Shown: positions 20,242 through 31,306, numbered from the stretch's first letter. The stretch is 64,000 bases of DNA from Halobacteriaceae archaeon (GCA_042216675.1 JBDGTS010000008.1:1-64000), one strand, 5' to 3'. A program made the numbers and translations. The notes: a model not told the origin generated them from the sequence alone.

Positions 20242-20913
20242 TCAGTTGGTCGTGGCGTCGACGTTCGAGTCCGGCTCGGGCGCCTCGGCGCCCTCGACGA
20301 CTTCGGCGGCCTCCGTCTCCTTCTCCGTGTCGACGTGCCACCGGTCGTAGTCCGTCTCGAACTCCGCGAGTCGCTCGCGGGCCTCGTCCTTCAGGTCGTC
20401 GTCGTTGACGTTGACCTCGAAGACGTAGTCGCCGTCGCGGGTGCGCTGGAGGTTCGCGCTCACGAGGTCGTTGTCGAAGTAGTAGGGGGTAAAGCGCGTC
20501 ATCACGTTGCGGTAGACGGCGTCCTCGACCCGGCGGAGCGCCTTCCGCCCCGCCGTGTCGGCCGCGCGGGCGACGTGGCCCACGGAGTCCTGCCACTTCT
20601 CGACGGCGCCGTCGGGGTCCTCGTCGAGTTCCTCGTAGGACTCCACGAGTCGCTCGCCCGCCGTCTGCATGTCCTCGTCGGGAGACTTGCCGGCGCGTTC
20701 GCCCTCGCCCTCGCCGACGCTGGCCTGTTCGGCCGTCTTCTCGTTCACGTCCTCCGAGAGACGCTCGTGGGCCTTCGGCCGCCACTCGTTCCACTCCTCG
20801 AACGCCTCACCGTCGCGCCCCGAATCGCGGAGCGCCCGCGTGATGCGTTCGCCGTGTTCGACGACGTCGCCCCACGTTCCCCGGACTTTGAATCCGGCGA
20901 TGCTGTCCTCCAT
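20242..20913 (-). CDS. Conserved haloarchaeal hypothetical protein
   Basis: Acidic ORF MEDSIAGFKVRGTW..PYYFDNDLVSAN. Confidence 0.8.
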   Translation of the reverse strand: MEDSIAGFKVRGTWGDVVEHGERITRALRDSGRDGEAFEEWNEWRPKAHERLSEDVNEKTAEQASVGEGEGERAGKSPDEDMQTAGERLVESYEELDEDPDGAVEKWQDSVGHVARAADTAGRKALRRVEDAVYRNVMTRFTPYYFDNDLVSANLQRTRDGDYVFEVNVNDDDLKDEARERLAEFETDYDRWHVDTEKETEAAEVVEGAEAPEPDSNVDATTN

Positions 20914-21064
20914 CTCGTTATCACCTGCAAGTGCCGGAGCCTTATAAACTTCTGCCGTGTGGCGCGGTCTCAGCCCCCGTGCCCAGCGCCCGCGAGAGCC
21001 AAACGCCTTTGACCCCGCCACGCGACGCCTCGGCCATGAGCCGATGCTTCCGGGGGTGGCCGCG

Positions 21065-21280
21065 GTGAGCGACGAGGGGACCGCGCCCTGTGACGGCTGT
21101 ACCGACCCCGTCTCGGACGCTCTCGCCCGCACCGTCCGCCTCACGGTGGACCGCTCGCGCGTCGACGACCAGCGCCTCTGTCCGGCCTGTTTCGCCGACT
21201 GGATGGAGCGCTACGACCGCGAGATGCGCGGCGCGGACGGCGGCGGCGACGACGACGGCGGCGAGATAATCGTAGACTGA
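21065..21280 (+). CDS. Small zinc-finger protein
   Basis: CDGC...LCPACF; GTG start inferred. Confidence 0.7.
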   Translation: MSDEGTAPCDGCTDPVSDALARTVRLTVDRSRVDDQRLCPACFADWMERYDREMRGADGGGDDDGGEIIVD

Positions 21281-21373
21281 ACCCCTTCTCTTCCGGTCGA
21301 GGCTGTGCCGGCGTCGTGCGGTTTCGGGGTGTGGCGACCTCTAGCGAAGCCGACCCCCGTATGGCTCCATAGG

Positions 21374-21976
21374 TCACCCGACCCGACCGGAGGTGGCGCT
21401 CCGGATGCGCTCTCGCAGGGCCGGGGCCGACTCGCGGGGCGCTCTGACCTCGAACGTGACCGTCTCGCCGTAGTCGGCGTCGAAGTCGGCCCCGGCGCTC
21501 TCCAGCACCGAGCGCACCGTCCCCGAGTCGTCGTACGTCGTCGTGAGCGTGAACGTCTCGTGGGGCACTTCCTCGACGACGCCCGCATCGTCGACGGCCT
21601 CCTTCACGCCACGGCTGTAGGCCCGCGCGAGGCCGCCGACGCCGAGTTCCGTCCCGCCGAAGTACCGCACGACGGCCGCGACGACGTTCTCGATGTCCCG
21701 TTGCACGAGGACGTTCAGCGCCGGCCCGCCGGACGACCCGCTCGGTTCGCCGTCGTCGGACTGCCACTCGCGGACGAGGACGCCCGTCTCGGGGTCGCCC
21801 TCCCGCACCCGGTAGCAGGGAACGACGTGGCTCGCGTCGGGATACTCCGTGCGCACCTCCGCGACGAAGTCTTCGGCGTCGGCGACGGTGTGGACGGGCG
21901 CGGCGTGACCGACGAACTCCGACCCCCGAATCTCGAAGGCGGCCTCCCCTCGGCCCGCGAGCGTCCGGTAGGCCAT
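21374..21976 (-). CDS. IMPACT/YigZ family protein
   Basis: EIRGSEF, DDGEPSG, VVRYFGGTELGVGGL. Confidence 0.92.
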   Translation of the reverse strand: MAYRTLAGRGEAAFEIRGSEFVGHAAPVHTVADAEDFVAEVRTEYPDASHVVPCYRVREGDPETGVLVREWQSDDGEPSGSSGGPALNVLVQRDIENVVAAVVRYFGGTELGVGGLARAYSRGVKEAVDDAGVVEEVPHETFTLTTTYDDSGTVRSVLESAGADFDADYGETVTFEVRAPRESAPALRERIRSATSGRVG

Positions 21977-22479
21977 CAGCTGAGTTCGACCGAACGCACG
22001 TAGGGCAGGTCGGTCAGTTCCGTAATCAACTCGCCCGGGAGCGGTTCGTCGGTGACCAGAATCAGCGTCGGTTCGTCCGTGAACTCGGGGTCCTCGCTGA
22101 TGGTCTGCCGGATGGAGATGTCCCGGTCGGCCAGCAGGCCGGTCACCTCCGCGACGATGCCCGCGGCGTCGGCCTCGTGGACCGACACCCGGAGGACGGA
22201 GAGGTCCAACACCGGCGCGAGGTCCATCAGGCTCGGAATCTGGGAGATGTTCTGGAAGATTGGTCGGAGTTGGTCGTCGTCGAGAATCGTCTCGGTGGTG
22301 GCGTCCACGACGCGCCGGTCCACGCCCACCTCGCGGGCGATGCCGGTGTCGGGAATCTCGATGCCGCCGGAGACGACGCGGCCCTCGTCGTTGACGGAGA
22401 AGCCGCGTTCGAGGAGCAGGCGCACCACCGCCTGCTGACCGGGGCTCCCCTCGAACTTCCGGAGGATTTCGTCGAACAT
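21976..22479 (-). CDS. ACT-domain regulatory protein
   Basis: GIVAEVTGLLADRDISIRQ ACT fold plus N-terminal HTH-like part. Confidence 0.85.
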   Translation of the reverse strand: MFDEILRKFEGSPGQQAVVRLLLERGFSVNDEGRVVSGGIEIPDTGIAREVGVDRRVVDATTETILDDDQLRPIFQNISQIPSLMDLAPVLDLSVLRVSVHEADAAGIVAEVTGLLADRDISIRQTISEDPEFTDEPTLILVTDEPLPGELITELTDLPYVRSVELS

Positions 22480-23061
22480 CTACAGGTCGCCCTTCGTCGA
22501 GGGAATGTCGCCGCCCCGAACCCGCGTCGCGTCGTCCAGCGCCCGGGCGCAGGCCTTGAACAGCGCCTCGATTTCGTGGTGCGCGTTCTCGCCTTCGACG
22601 TCGACGTGGAGAGTGAGGCCGGCGTTCACGGCGACGGAGCGCCAGAAGTGCCGGGCCATGTCGCTCGTCAGCTCGCCCACCGCGTCCTGTGAGAACCCCC
22701 CGTCGAAGCGGTAGAGGGGGCGTCCGCTCACGTCGAGGACGACGCCGGCCACCGCCTCGTCGAGGGGCACCCGGCGGTCCGCGAACCGCTCGATGCCGGC
22801 GCGGTCCCCGAGGGCGTCGTCGAGTGCGTTCCCGAGGACGATGCCCACGTCCTCGACGGTGTGGTGGTCGTCGACGTGCAGGTCGCCGTCGGCCGCCACC
22901 GTCAGGTCGAAGCGGCCGTGGCGCGCCACCGCGTCGAGCATGTGGTCGAAGAAGCCGATACCCGTCTCGACGTCGGCGTCGCCGTCGCCGTCGAGGGCCA
23001 GTGCCACCTCGACGTCCGTCTCGCCCGTCGTGCGCGACGCGGCGCCCGTTCGCTCGCTCAT
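22480..23061 (-). CDS. hisB: Imidazoleglycerol-phosphate dehydratase
   Basis: [31 protein letters not shown]. Confidence 0.96.
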   Translation of the reverse strand: MSERTGAASRTTGETDVEVALALDGDGDADVETGIGFFDHMLDAVARHGRFDLTVAADGDLHVDDHHTVEDVGIVLGNALDDALGDRAGIERFADRRVPLDEAVAGVVLDVSGRPLYRFDGGFSQDAVGELTSDMARHFWRSVAVNAGLTLHVDVEGENAHHEIEALFKACARALDDATRVRGGDIPSTKGDL

Positions 23062-23110
23062 ATCCTCACTGGCGGGGCCGGGCATATGGCCGTTGCGGGT
23101 GACTCGGCCC

Positions 23111-23169
23111 CGTTACGGCAGTCGGGGGCGTGACCCCGCCCGCGTTACGGCAGTCGGGGGCGTGACCCC
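23111..23169. repeat. 27-bp direct repeat, two copies, 32-bp period
   Basis: cgttacggcagtcgggggcgtgacccc at 23111 and 23143. Confidence 0.85.
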
Positions 23170-23176
23170 CTTCGCC

Positions 23177-23413
23177 CTATTCCTCGCCGGGCGTCCGGTC
23201 CCCGCTCACCTGTTCGAGAATCTCCTCGGGCAGTTCCTCGACCCGCTCCCAGTCGTCGAGGTGCGAGCGCGGGCGCTCCTCGACGGCGAGGAAGCCCTGC
23301 TCGACGGTGTACGACCACAGCGTCACGGGGTCGTCGCGGCCGTCGGTGACGTACACGTACTGGTCGGCGCCCTCGCCGGGAGCGCGGAACACGGTGTCGC
23401 TGATGTCGTCCAT
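23177..23413 (-). CDS. Small acidic hypothetical protein
   Basis: MDDISDTVFRAPG..; haloarchaeal-like composition. Confidence 0.55.
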   Translation of the reverse strand: MDDISDTVFRAPGEGADQYVYVTDGRDDPVTLWSYTVEQGFLAVEERPRSHLDDWERVEELPEEILEQVSGDRTPGEE

Positions 23414-23459
23414 ACGAAGCCTCGTCGCGCCGGGGCCTTGACGGTGCAGGGTTCGGGGG

Positions 23460-23981
23460 CTACGCCACCGGGTCCGGTTCCTCCGCGGTGACGACGATGG
23501 GGACGCGGCAGGTGTGGCCCCGGTCGAAGATGGAGACCTCGACGGCGACGCCGTCTGGGAGGGCGGACCGAACCGTCTCGGGCACCGTCTCACCGGCGAA
23601 CACCCGAACGAGGCCGTCGTCAACGTTGTACCGGACCCACCTGACGTTCGGGCCGGCCTCGTCGAGCAGTCGACGCGTCTCGTCGCGGGCGAACGACCCG
23701 CACCTGAACCGCGCGTACTGCTCGAACGGGAGGGCGTTGTACTCGACCGGCGTGCCGTTCTCGTCGTAGCTGGCGACGGCGAGGACGGTGTCGTTCTCGG
23801 GGTAGTACCGGTCGCCGTCCGCCGGGAGCGCGCCGGCGTCCACCGTCGCCAGCGTCGCATCGTCGCCGACCGTCGGGTGGGCGTTCGACCCGCCCTCGCC
23901 GCCGAGGACGCCCGCGCAGCCGGCGGTGGCGAGCAGACAGCACAGCGCCAGCGGGAGGGCGAGTTCGCGGAGACGAGTCAC
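23460..23981 (-). CDS. Putative lipoprotein
   Basis: Hydrophobic signal ending LATAGC; GTG start inferred. Confidence 0.7.
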   Translation of the reverse strand: MTRLRELALPLALCCLLATAGCAGVLGGEGGSNAHPTVGDDATLATVDAGALPADGDRYYPENDTVLAVASYDENGTPVEYNALPFEQYARFRCGSFARDETRRLLDEAGPNVRWVRYNVDDGLVRVFAGETVPETVRSALPDGVAVEVSIFDRGHTCRVPIVVTAEEPDPVA

Positions 23982-24074
23982 GTAGTTGACTCGAACTGCG
24001 ACCGAAAAGTAGCTGACGGGGGCGACGAACAAACCGAACGAACTTTTATGATGGTCGCGCATCAGACAACGAAC

Positions 24075-25625
24075 ATGACCGCACCGGACGAACCGTCCGA
24101 CGACCGGGACGGACCCGCGCCGGACCGCCGGTCCGTCCTCGCCGGGGGGACAGCGGGGTTCCTGAAGATGCTCGCCCCTGAGGCCACTGGAGACCGACCC
24201 GCCCGAACCGACGGCGGCGCCTCGTCGACAGCGGCGCCCGCAACGACAGACGTTGAGCCGGCACCCGCCGGCGCGGAGAGCGTCGTGGACCACGGCGCGA
24301 CCCTCGACGGCCAGACTGACGACACGGCGGCGCTCCGCGCGGCCTTCGAGGCGGCGGGGGGTGAGGGCGCCGTCGTCGTTCCGCCCGGCGGGGAACTCCG
24401 GGTGACCGAGCCAGTGGTCTTCGACCTCGGCGGCGCGTCGGGGTTCCAACTCCGCTGTCGGTCCCCCATCGCGCCCGACGCCGGCGTGGGGGATGCGTTG
24501 ACCATCCAGAAGGGACAGCCCCGACGGGTCGACTTCTGGGTCCGCGGCGGCGGACGCGACGCCGACTACACCCGTCCCGACCCCGACGGCGCGGATCAGG
24601 CGCTCGTCCTCCGCCTCGTCAGGGGCGGCCGCTACCGAATCCTCGGCGGGGGGTACGGCGGTCGGATCCTCCGCGTCGTCGACCGGGACGACAACGACGC
24701 GTACAAGACGTCCAAACTCCGCATCGAGGAACTGGCGACGCGGTGGTACGACGGCGACTTCTGCGGCCAGTCGTTCTACGTCGACGGGAAGAGTGCCATC
24801 GGCAAACTCGGTCTCGTCCACGACTTCTGGAGCGCGTACGGCCCCGTCGTCGACGGCGGCTACGACTTCGGCATCGGTCACATCGCCGGCGGGTGGCAGA
24901 ACACCGGCCTCAGCCTCCGGAACACGGGCAACCTCACCATCGGGACGTTCGCAGTCGGCGACGAGAGCCACAGCGTGGCCCTCCTCTCGCTCTCGGACTG
25001 TCGGGGAATCCACGTGAAGCGTGCATTCTGCCTCCGCGCGCGCACCGGCGTCAGCGTCACGGGGTCCGCGAACGTCTCCATCGGCGACCTCTACACGGTC
25101 GCCAACGAGGGCGCGGGCCTCGCGGTCCGCGACACCGAACGGTTGCGGGTCGCGCACACCAGTAGCCGGGACACCGTGGCAGAGCGACACGAGGGGGCCG
25201 AGCAGGTGTCCGTCGACCTGTTCACGGCCTACGCCGACGACGCCGAAGCGGCCCTCGACGTGACCGACAGCACCGACCTCACCGTTCGCGGGTCGGTCGA
25301 GCAAGGTATCGCCGTGGACGGGGCCTCCGACGCCGTCCATCTCGACGGCGTCCGTGCTCCCTTGGTGAGCGTCCCGGCCGACAACGACGTGCGCGTCGAA
25401 GGAGGCGACGTGGGCTACTTCGAGGGGACACCGCGGAAGCGAAACGGCCTCGGGAGGGAGGAATCCGCCGCCGAGACGCCGACTGCGGACGACTGGCAGG
25501 TCGGCGACGTGGTCCAGTTCGTCGACACCGGGGACGGGTCCGGCGACGGTCTCTATCTCCGCGTGCACGACGGGTGGGAGCGCCTCGATGGGCGCGTCCA
25601 GCGGATTCCGTTCTGGCCGCCGTAA
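24075..25625 (+). CDS. Pectate-lyase-like beta-helix protein with possible Tat motif
   Basis: DRRSVL; SVVDHGA.LDG.TDDTAALRAA..VVVPPG glycosidase-type N-terminus; beta-helix periodicity. Confidence 0.78.
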   Translation: MTAPDEPSDDRDGPAPDRRSVLAGGTAGFLKMLAPEATGDRPARTDGGASSTAAPATTDVEPAPAGAESVVDHGATLDGQTDDTAALRAAFEAAGGEGAVVVPPGGELRVTEPVVFDLGGASGFQLRCRSPIAPDAGVGDALTIQKGQPRRVDFWVRGGGRDADYTRPDPDGADQALVLRLVRGGRYRILGGGYGGRILRVVDRDDNDAYKTSKLRIEELATRWYDGDFCGQSFYVDGKSAIGKLGLVHDFWSAYGPVVDGGYDFGIGHIAGGWQNTGLSLRNTGNLTIGTFAVGDESHSVALLSLSDCRGIHVKRAFCLRARTGVSVTGSANVSIGDLYTVANEGAGLAVRDTERLRVAHTSSRDTVAERHEGAEQVSVDLFTAYADDAEAALDVTDSTDLTVRGSVEQGIAVDGASDAVHLDGVRAPLVSVPADNDVRVEGGDVGYFEGTPRKRNGLGREESAAETPTADDWQVGDVVQFVDTGDGSGDGLYLRVHDGWERLDGRVQRIPFWPP

Positions 25626-26354
25626 TCACGCCACCGCGCGCTTGGCTTCCGCGAGCGTGAACGCCCCCTCGTACAGCGCCGTCCCGACGACGACGGCGCC
25701 CGCACCCGCCGCCTTGCAGGCCCGCACGTCGTCGACGCTCGCCACGCCGCCGCTGGCGATGACGGGGATGTCCACCGCCGACACCACGTCGGCGATGACG
25801 TCCTCGCGGACGCCTGCCTTCTGCCCCTCCACGTCCACGTCGGTGAACAGGATGGCGCAGGCGCCCCGGTCCTCGTAGCGCGCTGCCGCCTCCGCGGGCG
25901 CGAGACCGGTCCCCTCCGTCCACCCGGAGACGACGACTTCGCCGCCTTTCGCGTCGAGGCTCACGACCACCGACTCGGGGTGGGCGTCGCTGATTGCGGC
26001 CACAATCTCGGGGTTCTCGACGGCGGCGGTGCCGAGGACCACGCGGTCCACGCCCCTGTCGAGGAGGGCTGTCGCGTCCGCGACGGTGCGGATGCCGCCC
26101 CCGAGTTGCACGTCGACGTCCACTGCGTCGAGGACGGCGTCCACGGCGTCGGCGTTCTCGCGTTCGCCCTCGAACGCGCCGTCGAGGTCCACGAGGTGGA
26201 GCGTCTCGGCGCCCGCTTCGACCCAGCGTCGGGCCGCCGCCACGGGGTCGCCGTACTCGGTGGCGGTGCCGCGTTCGCCGCCGACGAGTTGCACGACTTG
26301 CCCGTCCTGCATGTCGACTGCCGGGATGACCTCGAACTCCGGAAACGGCGTCAT
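25626..26354 (-). CDS. hisA: ProFAR isomerase
   Basis: IPAVD, LHLVDLDGA, QLGGGIR, IASGGV, VVGTALY. Confidence 0.96.
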   Translation of the reverse strand: MTPFPEFEVIPAVDMQDGQVVQLVGGERGTATEYGDPVAAARRWVEAGAETLHLVDLDGAFEGERENADAVDAVLDAVDVDVQLGGGIRTVADATALLDRGVDRVVLGTAAVENPEIVAAISDAHPESVVVSLDAKGGEVVVSGWTEGTGLAPAEAAARYEDRGACAILFTDVDVEGQKAGVREDVIADVVSAVDIPVIASGGVASVDDVRACKAAGAGAVVVGTALYEGAFTLAEAKRAVA

Positions 26355-26443
26355 GCCTCTCCGTGGGCCAGCGGCGGGCGTAAAGCCGTCGAACGAGGGC
26401 CCGGATGGAACGGTTTAATTGGTCGCCGCCCCTTCCGCCGTCC

Positions 26444-27619
26444 GTGCCAGAAGCGCTGTTCCTCGTCGGACTCCTCGTCGCCGTCTTCGTCGGGTTCAAC
26501 ATCGGGGGGTCCTCGACGGGCGTGGCGTTCGGTCCTGCGGTGGGGAGCGGCCTCGTCTCGAAACTCTCCGCCGCGGCGCTGATGAGCGTCTTCGCACTGC
26601 TGGGCGGGTGGACAGTCGGCCGCAACGTCATCGACACGATGGGCGGCGACATCGTCCCGCAGTCGGAGTTCACCCTCGCCGCCAGCGTCGGCGTCCTCTT
26701 CTTCGTCGGCGCGGCGCTGTTGCTCTCGAATCTCTTCGGCGTCCCCGCCTCCACGTCGATGACGGCCGTCGGCGCCATCGCCGGCCTCGGCGTCGCGACG
26801 GGCACCCTCGACTGGGGCGTGATGGGGCGCATCGTCACGTGGTGGCTCATCGCCCCCATCCTCGCGTTCTGGGTCTGTGCGGTCATCGGGCGCTACTTCT
26901 ACCCGTATCTGGACCGGCGGGCCCGCCTCGGCGCGACGGCGGGCGGCGTCGTCTCCGTCGAGGACGGCCGGCCGCGCCTCGCCGAGGACGCGACGCGCCG
27001 TGACCTCGTGGGCGCGGCGCTCGTCGTCGCCATCGGCTGTTACATGGCCTTCTCGGCGGGGGCCTCCAACGTCGCGAACGCCGTCGCGCCACTCGTCGGG
27101 AGCGGCGAGTTGGGCGTCGACGGCGGCGTCGTCCTCGCGGGCGCGGCAATCACCATCGGCGCGTTCACCATCGCTCGTCGGACGCTGGACACCGTCGGCA
27201 ACGACCTGACGGACCTCCCCCTACTGGCGGCGCTCATCGTCGAAGTCGTCAGCGCGTCTCTCATCACCGGCCTGTCGTGGGCCGGCATTCCGGCCAGCCT
27301 CGCCGTGAGCGCCACGATGTGCATCATCGGTCTCGGGTGGGGACGCGCGACGCGGACGGTCAAAATCTCCGACGCCGCGGGCGCCGCCGTCCGGGGTGAG
27401 GGCGACCCGGACCTCTCCGTGGGTGCGCTGGCGGCCGAGGAAGCGCACGTCGAGGCGGGCGAACCGGTCCAGCCCATCGGCACCGAGCAGTCGGACGACC
27501 TCGTGACTGCGGACCTGTTCGACCCGGCGACGACTGGCCGAGTCATCATGCTCTGGATACTGACACCGAGCATTTCGGCGGCCGCGTCGTTCTTTCTCTT
27601 CCGATTCGCCCCCATCTGA
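26444..27619 (+). CDS. PiT-family inorganic phosphate/anion transporter
   Basis: GFNIGGS, GVPASTS, AGASNVANA; TTTAAT box ~30 bp before the GTG. Confidence 0.88.
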   Translation: MPEALFLVGLLVAVFVGFNIGGSSTGVAFGPAVGSGLVSKLSAAALMSVFALLGGWTVGRNVIDTMGGDIVPQSEFTLAASVGVLFFVGAALLLSNLFGVPASTSMTAVGAIAGLGVATGTLDWGVMGRIVTWWLIAPILAFWVCAVIGRYFYPYLDRRARLGATAGGVVSVEDGRPRLAEDATRRDLVGAALVVAIGCYMAFSAGASNVANAVAPLVGSGELGVDGGVVLAGAAITIGAFTIARRTLDTVGNDLTDLPLLAALIVEVVSASLITGLSWAGIPASLAVSATMCIIGLGWGRATRTVKISDAAGAAVRGEGDPDLSVGALAAEEAHVEAGEPVQPIGTEQSDDLVTADLFDPATTGRVIMLWILTPSISAAASFFLFRFAPI

Positions 27620-27691
27620 CGCGATTTTCCATCGTCTTTTGTGATGAGCGAACAGCAAGGTTGAACAGTCCGGCTTTCGAACCCCTGCATG

Positions 27692-28081
27692 ATGCCCACG
27701 GTAGAATACCTCAACTACGAAGTGCTGGACGACCACGGCTGGGAGATGGACGACGACGACCTCTTCGAGAAGGCCGCCGACGCCGACCTCGGCGACGAGG
27801 ACTACGGCTCACTCGACGTCAATCAGGGCGAGTACATCCTCGAAGCGGCCGAGGCGCAGGGCTACGACTGGCCCTTCTCGTGTCGCGCCGGTGCCTGTGC
27901 GAACTGTGCGGCCATCGTGAAGGAGGGCGACATCGACATGGACATGCAGCAGATTCTCTCCGACGAGGAAGTCGAGGAGAAGAACGTCCGCCTCACCTGC
28001 ATCGGCTCCCCGGCCGCCGACACGGTCAAAATCGTCTACAACGCGAAGCACCTCGACTACCTGCAGAACCGCGTCATCTGA
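27692..28081 (+). CDS. fer: Haloarchaeal 2Fe-2S ferredoxin
   Basis: [27 protein letters not shown]. Confidence 0.96.
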   Translation: MPTVEYLNYEVLDDHGWEMDDDDLFEKAADADLGDEDYGSLDVNQGEYILEAAEAQGYDWPFSCRAGACANCAAIVKEGDIDMDMQQILSDEEVEEKNVRLTCIGSPAADTVKIVYNAKHLDYLQNRVI

Positions 28082-28195
28082 GGTCCCCGTCTCTTCGCGC
28101 GTTTTCGCTCGCTGTCTCTCGGAGCGACTGCTCTCGCGTCCCGATGACCGGCATGGCGACGGATAGCAAACGCTAACAGGCCCCGCCGACCCCCT

Positions 28196-29158
28196 GTGAG
28201 CGTGTACGAGGCCTCCATTCCGGACCTCCTGCGCCTGTTCGCGGTGCCCGTCTTCGCGTGGGCGGCGGTGCGGGACCTGCGCACCCGCCGCGTGCCCAAC
28301 CGGGCGTGGCTCCCCCTCTTCGCGCTCGGGGTCCTCCTGCTGGCGTGGGAGGCGTGGACGGTGTTCACCGGGCCGGCGCTCCCCTACCGCGAGCGCCTGT
28401 TCGCCGTCCGCGTCGGCGTCAGCGTCGGCGTCGTGATGTCACTCGCCTACCTGCTGTGGGCGGCCCGCGCGTTCGGCGGCGCGGACGCGAAGGCGTTCAT
28501 GGCCGTCGCGCTCCTGTTCCCGACGTACCCCACCTACCACGTCGCCGGGACGACGCTTCCGCTCGTGGAGACGACGTTGGGCGTGTTCTCGTTGACCGTC
28601 CTCACGAACACGGTGCTGGCGGGCCTCGCCTACCCGTTCGCGCTGGCGGCCCGCAACCTCGCCGCCGGCCGGGTCGGCTGGGTCGCGTTCGTCGGCGTCC
28701 CCGTCGCGTGGGACGACGTGCCGGAGACCCACGGCCGACTGCTGGAGGCCGGCGACGGCGGCGGCTTCACCCGGGGCGGCCTCGACCTCGACGCTCTCCG
28801 GATGTATCTCCGGTGGCGCGACGCCGACCTCGCGGCCCTCCGGTCGAACCCGGACCTTCGGGACCCCGCGACCCTCCCCGCGGAGCCACGGGACCCCACC
28901 GACGGCGCCGTGGCGACTGACGGCGGCCACGACGACCCGTGGGGCGCGGCGGCGTTTCTCGACTCGCTGGACGGCGACGCCTACGGCACCGACCCCGAGA
29001 CGCTTCGGGCGGGGTTGGACCTCCTCGTGGACCGCGAGGAGGTGTGGGTGTCGCCCGGTATCCCCTTCGTCGTTCCCACGTTCCTCGGTCTCTGCGTGGC
29101 GCTGACGTACGGCGACCTGTCGGCCGTCGTTCTCCGGGCCGTCGGGCTGGCGGCCTGA
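28196..29158 (+). CDS. pibD: Prepilin/prearchaellin peptidase (A24)
   Basis: [24 protein letters not shown]. Confidence 0.9.
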   Translation: MSVYEASIPDLLRLFAVPVFAWAAVRDLRTRRVPNRAWLPLFALGVLLLAWEAWTVFTGPALPYRERLFAVRVGVSVGVVMSLAYLLWAARAFGGADAKAFMAVALLFPTYPTYHVAGTTLPLVETTLGVFSLTVLTNTVLAGLAYPFALAARNLAAGRVGWVAFVGVPVAWDDVPETHGRLLEAGDGGGFTRGGLDLDALRMYLRWRDADLAALRSNPDLRDPATLPAEPRDPTDGAVATDGGHDDPWGAAAFLDSLDGDAYGTDPETLRAGLDLLVDREEVWVSPGIPFVVPTFLGLCVALTYGDLSAVVLRAVGLAA

Positions 29159-29199
29159 CGACCAGAAGGCCCTTGTTCGGGACAGCCGTTCTCGCCGTC

Positions 29200-29574
29200 A
29201 TGAGCGACGGTGAGTCCCCCTCCCTCGACTTCGGCGCGTCGGGGCACATCCCCGCTATCGCACAGGACGCCGAGACGGACGAGGTGCTAATGTTGGCCTA
29301 CGTCACGCCCGAGGCCGTCGAGCGCACTCGCGAGACGGGGCTGGCCCACTACTACTCTCGGAGCAGGGAGGAACTGTGGCAGAAGGGCGAGACGAGCGGC
29401 AACGTCCAGCACGTCTCGGAGGTGCGCGTGGACTGCGACGGCGACACCCTGCTCTACCGCGTCGAACAGGAGGGCGGCGCCTGCCACACCGGCCACCGCT
29501 CCTGTTTCTACCGCACGCTCGACGGCGACCACGTCGGGGAGCGCGTCTTCGATCCCGACGAGGTGTATGACTGA
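29200..29574 (+). CDS. hisI: Phosphoribosyl-AMP cyclohydrolase
   Basis: YSRSR.ELW.KGETSG, DCDGD, ACHTG..SCF. Confidence 0.95.
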   Translation: MSDGESPSLDFGASGHIPAIAQDAETDEVLMLAYVTPEAVERTRETGLAHYYSRSREELWQKGETSGNVQHVSEVRVDCDGDTLLYRVEQEGGACHTGHRSCFYRTLDGDHVGERVFDPDEVYD

Positions 29575-30682
29575 CGACCTGGCCGCGGCGCTGGCCGACG
29601 CCGACGAGACGTACCGCGAGCGACAGGCCGCCGTCGAGGAGTACGGCGAGGACGCCCTGCAGACTGTGGCCGACGCGTACCGGGACCTCACGGCCGTCCT
29701 CGACCGCTCGGAGGACTCCGCCACCGGCACCGGCGACTTCGAGGAGTTCCTCGAGTTTCAGGGTCGGGTCGCCACGCTCGTCGAGGACCTGCCCGAGGAC
29801 GTGCCCAAGCGCGAGGCGTTCGAGGCCGTCTCGGAGGTGCTTCACGCCCGCCACCTCCGGGGCAAGCACTTCTCGCAGGCCCGCGACCACCTCGCGGACG
29901 TGGAACCCCTCGTCGAGCGACTGGAGCGCCGCGACGAGGCGCTAGAGACCTACCGCGAGGCCCGCCTCGCCGTCATCGACCGGCGCGAGGAACTGCAGTC
30001 CCGCGTCGACCACCTCGAATCGCTCGTCGCCTACGAGGACGTGGACTGGAACGCGCCCGTGACCGACCTGCGGGACCCCATCGAGGCGTACAACGACGCC
30101 GTGGCCGACGCCGTGACCGACTTCGAGGAGTCGGCGCCCGCCCGCGACTTCCTCGACTGGCTCGGCACCGTCGCCCGCGACTACCCCCTCGTCGACGTCG
30201 AGGCGCCGCCGGGGGACGTGGTGGCCTTCCTCGCCGACGCCGCCGTCGGCGCGGAACCGCTTCCGACGGTGCGCGAGTACGCCGGCTACTCGCGCTCGAA
30301 ACTCGACCACTACGTGGCCGACCCGGGGCGGTTTCTCGCCGTCGTCGGCGGGAGCGAGACGTATCTCGCCGGCCTCTCGGCCGACCCGTTCACCGTCGAC
30401 TGGCCGCCCCGCCCGGCCGACGAACTCCGCTTCCGGTGTGACGAACTCGTCGCCGCCGTCGGGCGCCTCGACGACGATGCGGCCGCCCGCTGTCGCGACG
30501 TGCGGGCACTGACCCGTCGGGACGACTACGAGCGCCTGCGCGAGGCGGCCGTCGCCCGGGATGTACTCGACGCCGACGAGCGAGAGCGCGTCGCGAGCGG
30601 TGCGGCCCGCGAGTCGCTGGCCGAGGCCGAGGCGGAACTGGCCCGCCTCGACGACGCCCTCGACGCGCACCCCGAGCGGTAG
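29567..30682 (+). CDS. Conserved helical/coiled-coil hypothetical protein
   Basis: Acidic helical ORF overlapping the hisI stop; SATGTGDF motif. Confidence 0.78.
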   Translation: MTDDLAAALADADETYRERQAAVEEYGEDALQTVADAYRDLTAVLDRSEDSATGTGDFEEFLEFQGRVATLVEDLPEDVPKREAFEAVSEVLHARHLRGKHFSQARDHLADVEPLVERLERRDEALETYREARLAVIDRREELQSRVDHLESLVAYEDVDWNAPVTDLRDPIEAYNDAVADAVTDFEESAPARDFLDWLGTVARDYPLVDVEAPPGDVVAFLADAAVGAEPLPTVREYAGYSRSKLDHYVADPGRFLAVVGGSETYLAGLSADPFTVDWPPRPADELRFRCDELVAAVGRLDDDAAARCRDVRALTRRDDYERLREAAVARDVLDADERERVASGAARESLAEAEAELARLDDALDAHPER

Positions 30683-30712
30683 GCTCTTTTCGGCGCGCGA
30701 ACAAGCGCGGCC

Positions 30713-31306
30713 ATGGAACTGTACCGGGTGTCGCCGGCCGTGACCCGGCGCCTCGCCCTCGTCGGTGCGCTGGCGCTGGCCGTCTCCGGCTGGCTCCCTC
30801 ACCACATCTGCTGGGACGACCCGATGTGTGCGGTGCCGTGGCTCTCGCTCGTGCCTGTGGTCCTCGCGCTGGCCGTCCTCCGCCGGGGGTGGACGACCCG
30901 CCTCGCCACCGCCGTCGGTTTCGTCGCGGCGGCGTTCTGGGTCGCGGGGCTGATCCACGTCCTCACGAACGTCGAGTCCGTGGTGACGGACATCCTCATC
31001 GGCACCCCGCGTGCGGAGACGCTTCACCGCCTCGCCGCCGCGGGGTATCTCTACGGCGGGACGCTCTCGTTCGCGTCGTTCACGGTCCACGCGGCCCGGC
31101 GCTACGCGCCCGGCGAGCGTCGCCCCGTCGTCGCCGTCTCGCTGGCCCTCGCCGCCCTCCCCGCGGTCGGCCTCGTCGCCGTCAGCGTCGGCCGCGTCGA
31201 CGCGGTGCTGATGGAGGCGCTTCCGGAAGTCGTCACCGTCCTCGCCGTCGTCACGACGGGCCTCGTCGTGACGGCCACCGTCCGGGCGGGGGGCCTCTGG
31301 CCCTAG
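30713..31306 (+). CDS. Membrane protein
   Basis: ~6 hydrophobic segments. Confidence 0.6.
   Translation: MELYRVSPAVTRRLALVGALALAVSGWLPHHICWDDPMCAVPWLSLVPVVLALAVLRRGWTTRLATAVGFVAAAFWVAGLIHVLTNVESVVTDILIGTPRAETLHRLAAAGYLYGGTLSFASFTVHAARRYAPGERRPVVAVSLALAALPAVGLVAVSVGRVDAVLMEALPEVVTVLAVVTTGLVVTATVRAGGLWP

Noticed and set aside
23460-25568. 702-aa minus-strand ORF opposite a 703-aa plus-strand ORF
   Set aside because: Resolves into two divergent non-overlapping genes (23460..23981 minus, 24075..25625 plus).
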